From Felis catus (taxonomy: Eukaryota), in NCBI RefSeq assembly GCF_018350175.1, contig NC_058368.1:156242001-156306000 (forward strand): DNA of 64,000 bases, in the 5' to 3' direction. Shown one piece after another: positions 1 through 12,837 of the stretch. Under the pieces are notes generated by a model, which was not told the DNA's origin, did no database searches, and was given only the letters and a program-made list of their open reading frames with translations. A program made the position numbers and the translations under genes. How positions within the stretch are numbered: the stretch's first letter is position 1; the number at the start of each line of letters is the position of its first letter.

Positions 1-1134
1 AAACTACACAAGTAGAGTGGAAAAAGACTTCATTTACAGTCTACTCTTTTGTCTTCTTAAAAGTTTTCCTATATGCATGGACTACTATTCAAAACAAATT
101 TTAAAGAAGAAGACATAATAAAGATAAAATTGTTAATGACGTGAAGGGACAATGCTTAGATTCTTAACGTCACCTTACTTTTCTACAGATAGCTCATAAA
201 GCCAGCTAATTTAAAAAGATACTTACTCTGGAAAAATAACACTAGTTCAAAGTACAAGCTTTGCAGATCTATTTCTGGAGATAACTATCTGCCATTGTGC
301 AGCTATCATTTAAGACTTACAAAAAAAGTTAATTATCTTATATTTGTCTTTTCACTTCCAAATACATTATGCTTATTCACTCAAAGTAATATGTCTTGAT
401 GTTTATACAAACCATTTGCCTATTTTCAAGATGAATAAAAAAAGCTAAGCTTCCCAAGACTTCTGTTGCTGGTAAGCAATTCTACAGTAAGACAGAAAAT
501 GAATTATGAAGCTGTTATGCTAACTTTTAGGATACAATCTTTCCCCCCAAAATTAAAAAAAAAAATTTTAAACCTAATCCTATATAAAGAGCAAAGGGTA
601 TCATTTTAAGGCAGTATTAGTAGGACCGATTCTAGACTAATAAAATATCTTACGGTTTTAGTGAATTATGGCATCTTTGCATTCACTTGAAATTCCAAAT
701 GGTCAACATCAAAATTTGGCACTGTCAAACTTTATGAGCTCTGTGAACATGTGCAAAGTATTTTACCTATTTAAATATATATTGAAAATTCTATTCACTT
801 ACTAGCATTGTCTAGAAAAGTAGATCATTTTTGGCTCATCACTCTAAAACATAGTTATTTATATACAGTCAACACTGGTTTCCTTAAGAGGATGCCCAGA
901 TTAAGGACCTCAGTAGAGTGCAGAGGGTCACAGGAATGCCAGCTGCGTAACAGTCTCTCCCTAAAGAGTTCGCTGTGGTTCATTTTACATTTCTGGTTAG
1001 TTTCCACACTGTCGCTTTCTTTCATAGAGAGTAGAGGTTGGCAGTACTTCCCTGTGACATCCACTTTCACACCCAAATTGGTCTTCATAGGCTCCCATTG
1101 TGTGCACTACAAAGCAACTTGCCTTGTTGGCAGC

Positions 1135-1740
1135 TCTAAGTGGGAACTACAAGTCTTTCTTTTCTTCACTGTTCTTTTCTGGCTCACAAGCAACCTCCCA
1201 CCAAAAGCTGAATCTGTGGAAGAGACTACATCCAAGAGATAATACTATGAAAAAGTATGAAGAGAAGCCCAGGTGGCCACCTTGCAAATTTCCAATGTGG
1301 AAGCCTTCGACCTCTCTGCCCAAGAAACAGCTAAAGTCCTAGTGTAATGAGCTTTACAAACCCTAGGAGCCTCTTTACCTTAACTACATACGCCTCCCTA
1401 ATACAATCCCTTAACCATCTAGCTAAGGAACTCTTAGAAGCCATTTGACCCCTCTTAAGACCCCCTAAGAGTACAAACAATCTTTCAGAAGATCTGAAAT
1501 CTTTGATTCTTCTGAGACAAACCCTAAGTGTTCTTCTTACATCCAATTGAAGCAGCCATTGCTCTTTGTCATTGCTGGGGCTAAAGAAAAATGAGGGCCA
1601 AGAAACCTCCTGGTTTAGATAAATCTCAGATGCCACCTTTGGAAAATTTGAGGAACTGCCCGAAGAACAACTTTATTCCAAAGGAGCATTAGAAGTGCCC
1701 CATAAATCAAACCTGAGGCCACTCCAGAAGACATGATCAA
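1135..1740 (-). pseudogene. DIRS-derived block 8: tyrosine-recombinase catalytic domain
   Basis: Acceptor tatttcttttag| just upstream of 1740. Translation: NKVVLRAVPQ/FPKVASEIYLNQEVSWPSF...LDVRRTLRVCLRRIKDFRSSERLFVLLGGLKRGQMASKSSLARWLRDCIREAY/GKEAPRVCKAHYTRTLAVSWAERSKASTLEICKVATWASLHTFS*YYLLDVVSSTDSAFGGRLL. This is a strong DIRS1 YR signature; HxxR is at 1349-1338. Two frameshifts and a TAG at 1247-1245. Confidence 0.9.
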
Positions 1741-4051
1741 CTAAAAGAAATACAGTAAGGCACCATTACAGTCAAATAATGTGCTATCATTTACTGAAAT
1801 GACCAAAACAGAAAACCATCAAGTCGTGACGAAAAAACAAAACGAAACAAAAAAACCAAATAAATATAATAACTAATTATCTTTTTTTTCTCTGAAAATG
1901 CTTATGTCTCTACAAAATCTATTGTATCATATTCAAATTACTAAGAGCATGGCCAATTTAGCTAAATTGACGATATAATGGTAAACATCAAAGTAAAAAG
2001 TAAAATATTTAATCATCTTTATATTTTCTCTGTGTGATGTTAAGCACCTGGATATTTTTAAAACATCTGGACAATAAGAAAAAAAAAAAAAACAAACCCT
2101 CACTTTCATCACATTGTTTTGGTTACATGGACATAGTAGGCAACTCTTTCCAAGATCTTTATTAGCAAAATATGCTCCAATCAAAAGAAATACACAGGAA
2201 ACCAAATGACTTGATCTTTTTTTTTTTTTTCGCTATTCCCTCCTACACAAGATTTCCAAGCAAAACATTAACTATCAGGATAACTTAAGATGCATTTGGT
2301 TTCTTTAATCATCCATTTCAAGGAATCTTTCCCTTCCTGATTTAAAAAAAAAAAAAAAAAACTATGCTTTTGATAAGAATTGATTAACTTGGCTGTACTG
2401 AATAAAACATTTAAGTTTTTCTTGACAATTTCCCTCAAGATCACTCTTTTCAGGGAGCCATTTATATAAAGTTATGTCAGATTAAATCAATCTTAGCTTT
2501 GTTTTAAAAAACATGAATTTCAACAATGAAGAACGCATATATCACAAGGGGATAGTCTAGTACTTAAGATATTTCTTATACCTGTCCTTCAAAATACCTT
2601 CCACATACTACGTTCAATAACCCACAACTGTGTTTCTATAATGCATTCTTATTAATGTGAACTTGAGTTACTTTTATCTGCCATGCTGCTTATATGACAA
2701 ATTTGGGTAAGGCAGTATATGTAGCATAATTATATATTTTCTCTGTTGATTTTATTCTTTAATGATAACTATTTCTCTCAAATATATAGCATTTGCAAGT
2801 CTCAACATTTCTTGGTCTTAATCTAAATAAGTTGGACCAGCTTTTCCTTTTCTCCTTTTATTCTGAAATCAGTATGTCAAACCTCTGCCTCAATCATTAG
2901 CCATTAAGTTTTGTATCTTCATAATACTTCTCTAATACAATTCTGATTTTGAATTTATGCTGCTCTTTAAAGGAATAAAGTTCTTAAAATCCACCTAATT
3001 TCTCTAGAGCCTAGTGTTGGACCAATATGAGTCCAAAGAGGTAAGAGGCTATATGTGTTGGAGTCCACTCTATTTCTTGATTCACACTTCAGAAAAGATC
3101 TGCTAGAGATGTGGATGAGAGATGCAAAATCATAGCCAACCATGGTGGATGAGTACCAACATCAACTGTCAACTGCTTGAGGCACCAACTTGTCACTAAA
3201 AAATTAGGATGTCATATTTATCTACTCAGATCTTTCTCTGACCCAGTCAGTTAAATCTAGAAGACCCGCTAGGGTTCATATTATCTCCTAATTAAATCTA
3301 CTTTTCCATTCTGTCTTTTAATTTTCATATTTTCTGTCTTTATATTTTTATTATTTTCCTATTAGACTTTTTAATAGCTTTTAGAAACCTGAAATCCACC
3401 TCCATTTTTCTTCAAATTATCTCCAAACTTGAAAAAATGATCTACTTTACTTTATAATTTCACAGTGCTACTTAAATGTAATCTGACACATAGAAGTATA
3501 AGCTATGCTTAAAACGAAAGAAACTTAGACCCTATAACTTTCCCAATATTATTCACCCAGGCAAATTAACTAAAGAAATGGAAAAGTAAACATATTAAAG
3601 TATATGTAATTTCTTACTAAGAAATTGGGTTTTGAAATCTTCTGATTGATTGTTAATCATCTGGTTTTCTCACGTCATTTTGCAAACGCAGCCACAAGCT
3701 CTATTAATTGTCCTTAACATGATATATGGTATCGTGCAAAAGAGAACTTTGTATGGTTTATTCTGATACAGATGAAAATATTTGGAAGTACAGATAGGAA
3801 CACAGGGAACATGTTTTAACTATCTAGATTTTGAAATCTAGAAACATTATTTCAACATACATGGCACAGTTTGCCTCGAAAGGATTTGGTGAAGACTAAA
3901 CTTAAAACATTATATAATTATTATTACTTTTATAACAGCTCTCATTTACTGATTGTGACCTACTAGACATTCTTTCAAATACATAACACTAAATCATTGA
4001 ATTCCCACAACCCTACATACCATAATGAGATCTGAAGCATGTAGTAGTAAC

Positions 4052-4055
<4 letters not shown>

Positions 4056-4104
<49 letters not shown>
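4056..4104. repeat. (GA)n microsatellite
   Basis: Directly visible in the sequence. Confidence 0.97.
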
Positions 4105-4108
<4 letters not shown>

Positions 4109-4522
4109 TTAGTTTAGTCCTACACCATCATTTTGAAGATGAGAAAACAGAGGTCTAAAAAAATGAACTATCTTGCCTAAAGTCATGTGGCAGCTAGTAG
4201 CAGAAGAGGAGATACTACATCATCCACTATGCTTGTTTTTTCCATAGGCTAGGCTGTGTTTCTCTGAATTAAAAAAAAAAAAATCTGATTTTATCTAAAG
4301 ATCATTATCCAGAATTGACCTCCAATGCTTTGTTAATTAGAATTATGGAGTTTGCCACGTATAAAGGATGAAAATATAATTCTATGGTGTGTATTATATT
4401 TAATATTTATTTAAAGGATTCTATCATGCATTTTTTTTTCAAGTAATGGTATAGATTTAGTGGCAGGAAGTGAAAACAGAGAGAAGAGTTGATTTACAAA
4501 TGTAAACAAAGGAGCATGTTAC

Positions 4523-4684
4523 CTGAAGGATTTCTGGGTGTCTTGAGTGATATAAATATTTCTTCCAATAATTCTTCAACATTTTCTTCCAGCTTCAAAA
4601 AGGATTTTACGAGCTGTGCTAAGAATTTGAGTTCATTTATGGAGAGGAAAAAGTTTCTTCCTTTCTGTGAACATTCGGGTGTAA
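4523..4684 (-). CDS. KIAA0825: KIAA0825 fourth coding exon (VTPECSQKGRNFFLSINELKFLAQLVKSFLKLEENVEELLEEIFISLKTPRNPSG)
   Basis: Acceptor ctctttcacag|TT, donor TCA G|gtaac. 162 nt, phase 1-1, open frame. Matches recalled human VTTECPQKGRNFSL...RDTSG. The gene continues beyond the left edge of the window. Confidence 0.93.
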
Positions 4685-5159
4685 CTGTGAAAGAGAAGAT
4701 CTATTTGTACATTTTATTTGTTTTCTCAGTAAATACTGAAACAATCTATGTGCTTCCATAAGCCATCAAAACTAACAAGTTCAATAAGTAAACCAAGTTT
4801 GTTATTAAGAAATGAATATAGGGGCGCCTGGGTGGCTCAGTCAGTTGAACGTCCAACTCTTGATTTTGGCTCAGGTCATGACCCCAGGGTCATGGGATTG
4901 AGCCTTGCACTGGGCTCTGCACTTATCTTTTAAGATTCTGTCTCTCCCTCTGCCACTTTCACGTTTGTGTTCTCTCTCTCTAAAAATTAAAAAAAAAAAT
5001 GCATATAAAATCTCCTAAAAGAGTCTTTTCTTTAGGGAAACTGGGGATGAGCATTCTGTTTGATAGAACTATGACAACTAAATAATTATATTGATTCTCA
5101 GAGTTATAAACAGGAAGGTGATTTGTTGTTGTAAAATCATATACAATTTTATTTTTTTA

Positions 5160-5680
5160 AGTCTGTCACAACTTGAATCTAGTCACAAGGGAACATCACA
5201 AACCCAAATTGACAGAAAGTGTAGAAAACAGCTGGTCTGTACTCTTTAAAAGTGGTATGTCATGAAACACAGAGACTAGGACACGTTCTAGTCAAAAGGA
5301 GTTTAAAAAGACATGACAACAGAAATCAATACATGATCAGTGTTTTATTTTACTTTATTTTATTTTTTTTTACAAAGAACATTATTGGGATAATTTGGTA
5401 AAATGTGAGTAAGGTCTACAATCTGATGCTCTTATTTCATGATTGTTAATTTTCTGATATGGATAACTATACTGTGATTATGAAAGAAAATGCCCTTGTT
5501 TTTAAGAAATATAGTGAAGCATACAAGGACAAATATCTGTAATTTATTCTCAGTTCAGGAAAAAAAAAGTTTTCAGAGACAGTGAATGCAAAGGTGGAAA
5601 TGTGGTAAATTATTAACATTTGATGAATCTGGATAATTTTTGTAAGTATGAAATTAAAATAAAAATTTAACTTAAAAGAA
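5160..5680 (+). mobile_element. Old L1 (L1M-type) 3'-end relic
   Basis: Degenerate L1M 3' UTR-like text (ggaacatcacaaacccaaattga..., actgtgattatgaaagaaaatgcccttgtttttaagaaat). Confidence 0.55.
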
Positions 5681-5984
5681 AAAGTGACAAGACAAAAGGA
5701 ATTTTCAAGACCTTAGAAGGATTCCTCCTATATCATTAAAAAGAAGCAACCTAATTGTTAAATCTAGACTACATAATTCATGAAATCATGTTTAAAAATA
5801 ACTTCAGTCTAAGTAATTGTGATATCTATTGCTTTCATAAGAACAAAACAACTTAAAATAAATAAAGATTGATTTTTCCCTTTTATAATTAGTGTTTTCT
5901 TCTTTTGTAATTACATCACACTACCATCTGAATACAGAAAAATATCTTAAACTTCAAGCATATGGAGAATAGAACTAACCTCAC

Positions 5985-6840
5985 CAAATGACACTGTGGA
6001 CCAAGTTTTCAAAGATTTAAAGAATTCTTTATTAATGTCACTTCTTAAAACATACATGGCATTTAAGAACTATCTTGAGGCTTAATAACAAATTGAAAAA
6101 TCTGCACTCTTGTAAGGTAAGCATACAATCCCTTTGGTGAGAAAACACGTGGAAAGTCTCTTAGAAATAATGTAAGGCCTGGTGATTCCATGTGAAAAAG
6201 TTTACCTTCATCACATGGATCTAAAAGGAGGGTTCCAAACATGTGACAATTTAATGGGTAATCCACTTCATTTCAGTTACATTTTAAAACGCTGGCATCA
6301 GACTTGTAACCGTATGATAGAGGTTTTCACTGAGGACCAAAAATGTCATGGTACCTCTGCGGATAATTTGAGAGAGACCCTGTCAGCCAACTTAAACAGT
6401 GGAATTTAATCCTGTTCTTGAAGCGTAAAACAAGGCTTTAAAAAAAACCCAAAAAACCCCACAAGTGCCTACAAAAACTATTTCATCTCTAAATTGATAT
6501 TAGGCCCACATACGTTAAAGTCTACCTCTAAACAGCCCTGCTCACACCTGTCATTCACCCACAGGCGTGCCAGAGAACATAAACATGGACGATCAGCATA
6601 TAACTAAGATTCTACCATGAAAATCATGACCCAAAAATGAAAAGAAAAGAGAATAAATATACTGTGAATCATTTAGCTGTTGCGTGACTCTCATTTTGCC
6701 TGTTTGATTTGTTTTAGGCTTTGCTCATGTGGTTGAAGGGTCTGGTTTAACCTTCTAAATCTTAAAGGTGTTCCTTTGGAACTAAATATAAGCCAAATTT
6801 TCAGACTTGAAGAATTCTTCTTCATTCTTTAATAGTTTAG
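5985..6840 (-). pseudogene. DIRS-derived block 7: tyrosine-recombinase N-terminal (core-binding) half
   Basis: Acceptor ttatttttctag|, donor TTT G|gtgagg. Motifs: SSVKTSIIRL..CQRF (SRK.ST.R.Y..W.RF), PLNCHMFGTLL[insert]LFLRD..KGLYAYLTRVQI (P..C.V..VL.FLQ..KGL..STL.VQ) and SR*FLNAMYVLR...W (SRFLKG..RLRP..W). Confidence 0.6.
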
Positions 6841-9800
6841 CTAGAAAAATAAGAAGGCTTTGTGTAGCTCCATTCTCATTACAAGTATTGTGTTTATAAA
6901 GTAAGCAAAGAAACACACACCTTCCTAAAACATCTTTGAGGGTCAAAACCCTCTAACCTAACAGTGCTACTTGTTTAAAAATTATGTAAGGTTGGGGCAC
7001 CTGGGAGGCTCAGTCGGCTAATCGTCTGACTTTGGCTCAGGTCATGATTTCATGATTCATGGGTTCAAGCCCTGGGTCAGGCTCTGTGCTGACAGCGCAG
7101 AGTCTGGAGCCTGCTTTGGATTCTATGTCTCCCTGTCTCTCTGCCCCTCCCCTGCTTGGTTCTCTCCCTCCCTCTCTCTCTCTCTCTCTCAAAAATAAAT
7201 AAACATGAAAAAAAATTATGTAGGGCCTGAGGATTCCATATGAAGAGGTCTTACCTTCATGATCTGGATTTAGAATAATCTTGTATTGCAGAAATTTAAC
7301 AATATTGAGTGCTAAAGGCTTTTCAATTCAATGTATCTTTACAACTTCATAGTGAAAGAGGACAGAAAAATATGTCTGACCTAAATCTAATCATTTTTGT
7401 CCCCAAGAAGCAATGATTATGGTAGAGGTCCATTAATTAGTAGTCCTTATTTCCTATTACTATTAGCTCAGTGTTCTCCCAAGGGCTATTGTGAAGGTTC
7501 TTAATTTATGGAAAAATAATTCTGTGATAAATTCATTTTGTGGAAGTCCATTTACAGCAAAATTAAACACAAAGGATGGACTAGCATAGCCCAAACTTGT
7601 CTTATTTTCCCTACAATATCTCCCAGGACTAGAGTTCTACTCATCACATCTTAGCTCATAATTTCTATTTGCCTACACATAATCTATTTTTCTGTTTCTC
7701 AGACTCTTCACTGTCAACAAAATTTGGAAAGGGTTTCCCCTTTTACTTTTGCTTTCAGTCAATTAATCTTTTTTTCCTCTTTCTTTCACCATTCTGTTTG
7801 TCCTGTCCTCCAACTCACCTCCCCAGAAAATCTTACCTGAATACAATCAATTCATCTTCCCTGTTAAACTAATCTGGCCTTTTATCTATTTTTTTTTTCC
7901 TAAACATTATATGACTGTCTTCTTTCAAGAAACTTTGGGCATACAGGCTTATCCACAGGCAAATATGTTTAGCTGTCCCCTAATCACTGCTATAAAATAC
8001 CTGAAATAATGATTGTCAGTTTATTATAGGATGAGTTCTATGATTCTTAAAAAATATAAAATTCTTCTAAATCCTAATAATATTATAAACAAAGGTTACA
8101 TTTCCATCTTAGGGTAAGACTTTGATTTACCATTAACTAACAATGAATAAGTCCATGTTGAGGGTTTTTCCCCCCTCCCCCATATTATTTTAATAAAAAT
8201 TTTTCTAAAATATGATTCCCTGCTTTATTATTTAGTATTTAGAACACAATTAAAATTTTTCTTCATGACAGAGTTACGATAAAAGTTTTTTATATGCTCC
8301 ACTGAAAGATGAATATCTGTCCCTCATCAAAGGGCATTTCTCAAACCTCATTCTACAAGGATTCTATGATCAAATAGGTTTAGGAATCACTACATACTAA
8401 ATGCTACTTAAAGAGACCCGCAATGCAAATTAGCATATTAAAGTCTATTTACTTTTATAATAATGTAAATTTAAAAAAAAACAATGTTTCTCAAACTTTT
8501 TTGAGACACCAGTTTACCAACAAATCTATTAACTTTTGGGATGTTCTCAAACAGCAGTGTTGTATAGGGCACACTGGTTTAGATTACAGAACTATTTGAA
8601 TACTTATATCTGACTTGGAGTCTTTCCTCCAATTGTTAGACTTTAGCAGAGGGTTCTTGTTGCTGGCTTTGTGACTAATTTTACCAGTATTTGCTTCCAT
8701 TTGTAAACTACTGCTCCTTATAGCATCATAGTATTCTGCAGACCCCTTTGAGAAACTAATCAAAGTCTCCTAAATCCCTATGGACCCTCTCATTGAAAAA
8801 AAAAAAAAAAAAAAGAAAAGAAAAAAAGAAAAAAAAGAAAAAAGAAAAAAATCTATGTAGTCATTGTTTCAGGGCTTAAACAGAACCACCTGAAGTCCAT
8901 TATGGCTCTCACAGGGCACTGTGGTCCAGGACCTCCTGAATTGTTAAAAATGCAAATATATTCCTTGGCCATCACCATATGCCTGTTAAACAAGTGTCTC
9001 AATTGAGTTTTCCACCTATTGGAGTTTGAGACCACTGCCTGAGGAGTCCATGAATTCTAGTTAAAAACTGTTATGGCAGAAAACTACTCTCTGGACATCA
9101 GAAAATCTGGGGATTTGGGTCTTAGCAAGTCAACCAAAGAGGTGCTATTGTGTAAAACAATGACTTAAAAGAGAAATGTTCCCTTTTTTCTGATTTCTGA
9201 TTTTTAAAAAATTTCTGGAGGAAATATAGAACAATGGTAGGAAATTTCTAAAAGCATATCTTACACATCTGCTCTGGGCAAAAGAACTGCTCCTAGGAAA
9301 ACACCCAAAGAATAGTTGTGGTTTTATAGGCACATTCATCACAAATGTGAAATGATTTCCATGAGGCCCAAGATTATTTCCAGTGTATTCATCATAATAT
9401 TTCAAGAACACAGCATAATTTCTTACACAAAGTGGGCACTAAAAACAAAACAAAACAAAACAAACAAACAAACAAAAAAATTGGTTAAAAAAATAAATGT
9501 ATGAAATTCCACAGGTCCTAGAAGTAGGTAGGTTTGTCTCAGAACAAAGAAAGACTGTATACCTCTTCCTGAAATGCATTCTTCAAAACAATGACTATAG
9601 ATTGAGTCAATAAATAAATAGATAAACAAACACATGCATAAATAAATACAGTATTATATACACTTTTTTTAGTATTTAGTTAGACAAAAGAAATTTGAAG
9701 ATTATTTCTAAAATAGAAAATGTGTGCAAAATATATATATATAATTATGAGCTGGGAACCTGATAGAGCATATTGATAAAACTGACTCTAAAATAGGATT

Positions 9801-10306
9801 TTTTGTATGTGTTAGCAAAAATAAAATTAGGGGTGCCTGGGTGGCTCAGTTGGTTGAATGTCTGACTCTTGGTTTCAGCTCAAGTCATGCTCTCAGGGTT
9901 GTGGGATTGAGCCCTGCGTTGGGCTACACACTGAGCATGGAGCCTGCTTTGGACTTTCTCTCCCTCTCTCTCTCTCTCTCTCTCTCCCTCCCTCCTTCCC
10001 TCTGCCCTTCTCCCTAGGTCGCACGCTCTCTCTAAAAAAATAAAAAATAAAAATAAATTATATACACTTCAGGTAACATCGTAAGCCAACTATACACAAA
10101 TAAAAAAGAGTATACTTAAGAAAAATATCTCACCACGAAAAAATATGCACAGATATTCATAGAAATATTGTTCTAAAATTAATTAAAAAACCTCTCTTCT
10201 CTCTTCAAATATATACACACATACATATATATACATATGCATCATAGTATACATATATATGGATATATCACTCATAAAGAATATAGACTATAGACTCTAC
10301 ACTTAC

Positions 10307-11102
10307 AAGTGTTTTTCACCTAGTGACCAATAGTTAAAATCTTAACTCCATTCTCTGATAGCAAAATTAAGGAAATTGAAAACAAATCTTGAGAAACATT
10401 AGGGCTCCTCACACTTGATCCACAACAAAGAGTATTTGGATTAATTATCAAAGTCCAGCTAAATCAGACAAACCATAAAAGTACAGGTAGTTGCTGAAAG
10501 AACACATATTATTTTTCAAAACCATTAGCAACAGAATTCTTGTTAATAATAGCATTAAGATACAGGAGAAAATGAGAAGCTTGAAAATCAGATAATCTGA
10601 AGCTGGTGGATCAGTATAATAGGATAAAAGAAGCACATTTCAGTTTTCCCAAGAAAAACGAACACTAGCCACTCTATTATTGACCGTAAATGGATCCATT
10701 TTCAGTGAGGCGTATTCTTGGTGCCACCAGACAAATGATGTAAAAAAGAGGTAACACACAAAAGCTACTGGAAGGCTCATTATTGCAGATGAAATTCATG
10801 GCATAATCCAAATGGAATATATTTATTTCAGTAAAGAAAACTTTTTAACAATATTACAAAAGAAGTCAGCAGGGACCACATGGGAACAAATAATAAGCAG
10901 TACTTTTCCCGGTACCCAAGTCACTTCCTGAGAGCAGGTGGGACTTTGGAGCACACTGTCGTATTCCAGAAGCCTGAATGAGCACTGTGCCTCCCGGAGC
11001 GCCTGCCTCCATGGAGCCACACAGCAGGGGAAGTAAAGAATGCACACACTATGTCCCCAAGTGTGTAAGGAATCTTCTTTGTCATGTTAGCCTAATAAGG
11101 AC
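10307..11102 (-). pseudogene. DIRS-derived block 6: RNase H remainder and Dam-like methyltransferase region
   Basis: Acceptor ttttccag|, donor ACTT|gtaagt. Motifs: HSLLPLLCG..TVLIQ (FLPLL.G.HVLIQ), QSPTCSQEV...HVVPADFF (RSP.LCQEA...H....ADFLS), LLIFSCILMLLLTRILL (LYAFPP.PLL.RVL) and PNVSQDLFS (PDLLSQ). Similarity is weaker than in the other blocks. Confidence 0.55.
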
Positions 11103-12837
11103 CTGGAAAATCATGGACAACCTACAGGCATTAAGCTATTTTCCCCTTTTGCTTTGGCATTATTTTTTTTTAACTTTTAGTTATTTTTCAAATATATACA
11201 AGTAGGAAAACATTTTTTTAAATGTTTATGTATTTTTGAAGGAGCTAGAGACAGAGTGGAGTGGGGGAAAGGCAGGGAGAGAGGGAGATGCAGAATCTGA
11301 AGCTGGCTCCGGGCTCTGAGCTGTCAGCACAGAGCCCGATGTGAGATCATGACCTGAGCCGAAGTCGGAGCCTTAACTGACTGAGCCACCCAGGCGCCCC
11401 AGAAAATATTTGAAATAAAACTAAGAAAGGAGTATTTCCACCTTAGTTTTCAAACTGAATTTATTATTTCTTATCTCATCAAGAAGCTTCCATATGTACC
11501 ACCCAAAACAGGGTAAAACTTTAAAATGAACTGAGTAAATGGATGAGAGACTGAATATGTGATTGAAAGGGTGAAGTGTTTATCTTTGAAGTGAAGTGAA
11601 AATGCAATTCAACACAAGCTGAATGTGTGGAAATTTCGACACCCCAGAGATAAGTATCAGGACCCTTCTTTATGGTGAGACAATGGAGAAGGAATTATAG
11701 GGAAAGCTGAGCCTCATAAAAGTTCATGAATCTGGGGAAATGGTTGGTTCGGTAGGTGGAGCATGCGACTCTTGATCTCAGGTTGTAAGTCCAAGCCCCA
11801 TGACGGGTGTAGAAATTACTTAAAAATAAAATCTTAAAGGGCGCCCAGGTAGCTCAGTAGGTTAGGCGTCTGACTCTAGATCTCAGCTCAGGCCGTTATG
11901 TTAGAGTTGTCAGTTGAAACCCCATGCTGGGCTCTGCGCTGAGTGGGAAGCCTACTTAAAAAAAAAAAAAAAAAAAAGTTAAAAAAAATTTCTTGTAAAG
12001 GTTAATGAATCTGAATTGGAAATCAGAAAACATTAAACTCTTAAAAACTGGAAGTTAGACTCCTCTGAGTCTCTCTGTCTCTCCCCACTTCCATTTTTCC
12101 CTCATGTTTTATTATATGGAATACTGTTCATAGCACCACTACCTGAAGTACAGGAAGTAATAGAGTGGAGTAGCTAACATGTGGAATTACGAGCCATATG
12201 GCCTGGGTTCAAATCCTGACACTACTCTCTCCCAGCCATGTGACTTTGGACAGTTATTTAGTCTTTCTAGGACTGAACAGCGCATGAGGTTTAACTGAGT
12301 TAACATCTCAGAGCAGTAACTGAGGGGTAGTAAGTCCTGTATAAATGTTAGATACTATTATCATTTCCTTTGAGAAGCCTGCCCTCAGATCCTACACCAA
12401 CTTACTTTCCTTTTCTACATGCTCTTTCTTATTTTACCTCACACATACCTTCATTTTAGCACTTACTATGTCACATTGTAATTATAAGTTTGGGAGATGT
12501 GTCCTGAAACTTTAATCTCCTCAAGGGAGAGATCCTTTTTCCCCATTACTGCATTCCCACTATTCATCAGAGTGCCTACATGAATGAATGACCAGAATTA
12601 TACATACTGGTGAGTATCAGGGACAAAACCAACTGCTTTTAACTCATTTTATTTAGCTTTTTCTCCCTGCCATAAACATGGTTCTTTAGTAAAATACTAG
12701 CATTAAATGAGTTTCACATTAATTACTATATGCCAATTTGAACAGGAAATGTTCGGAGGAGAAAGAACTAGAAACATATCAGAGATCTTATTACTGTTAT
12801 TAAATGGACTCAACCATCTCTAAGCTTAAACACTCAC

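Noticed and set aside
808..1342. Plus-strand ORFs of 144 and 80 aa
   Set aside because: They are antisense shadows of the minus-strand recombinase relic and show no recognisable protein features.
4820..4900. tRNA genes at SINE heads
   Set aside because: The tRNA-like A/B boxes belong to CAN-SINEs and continue into SINE body and tail.
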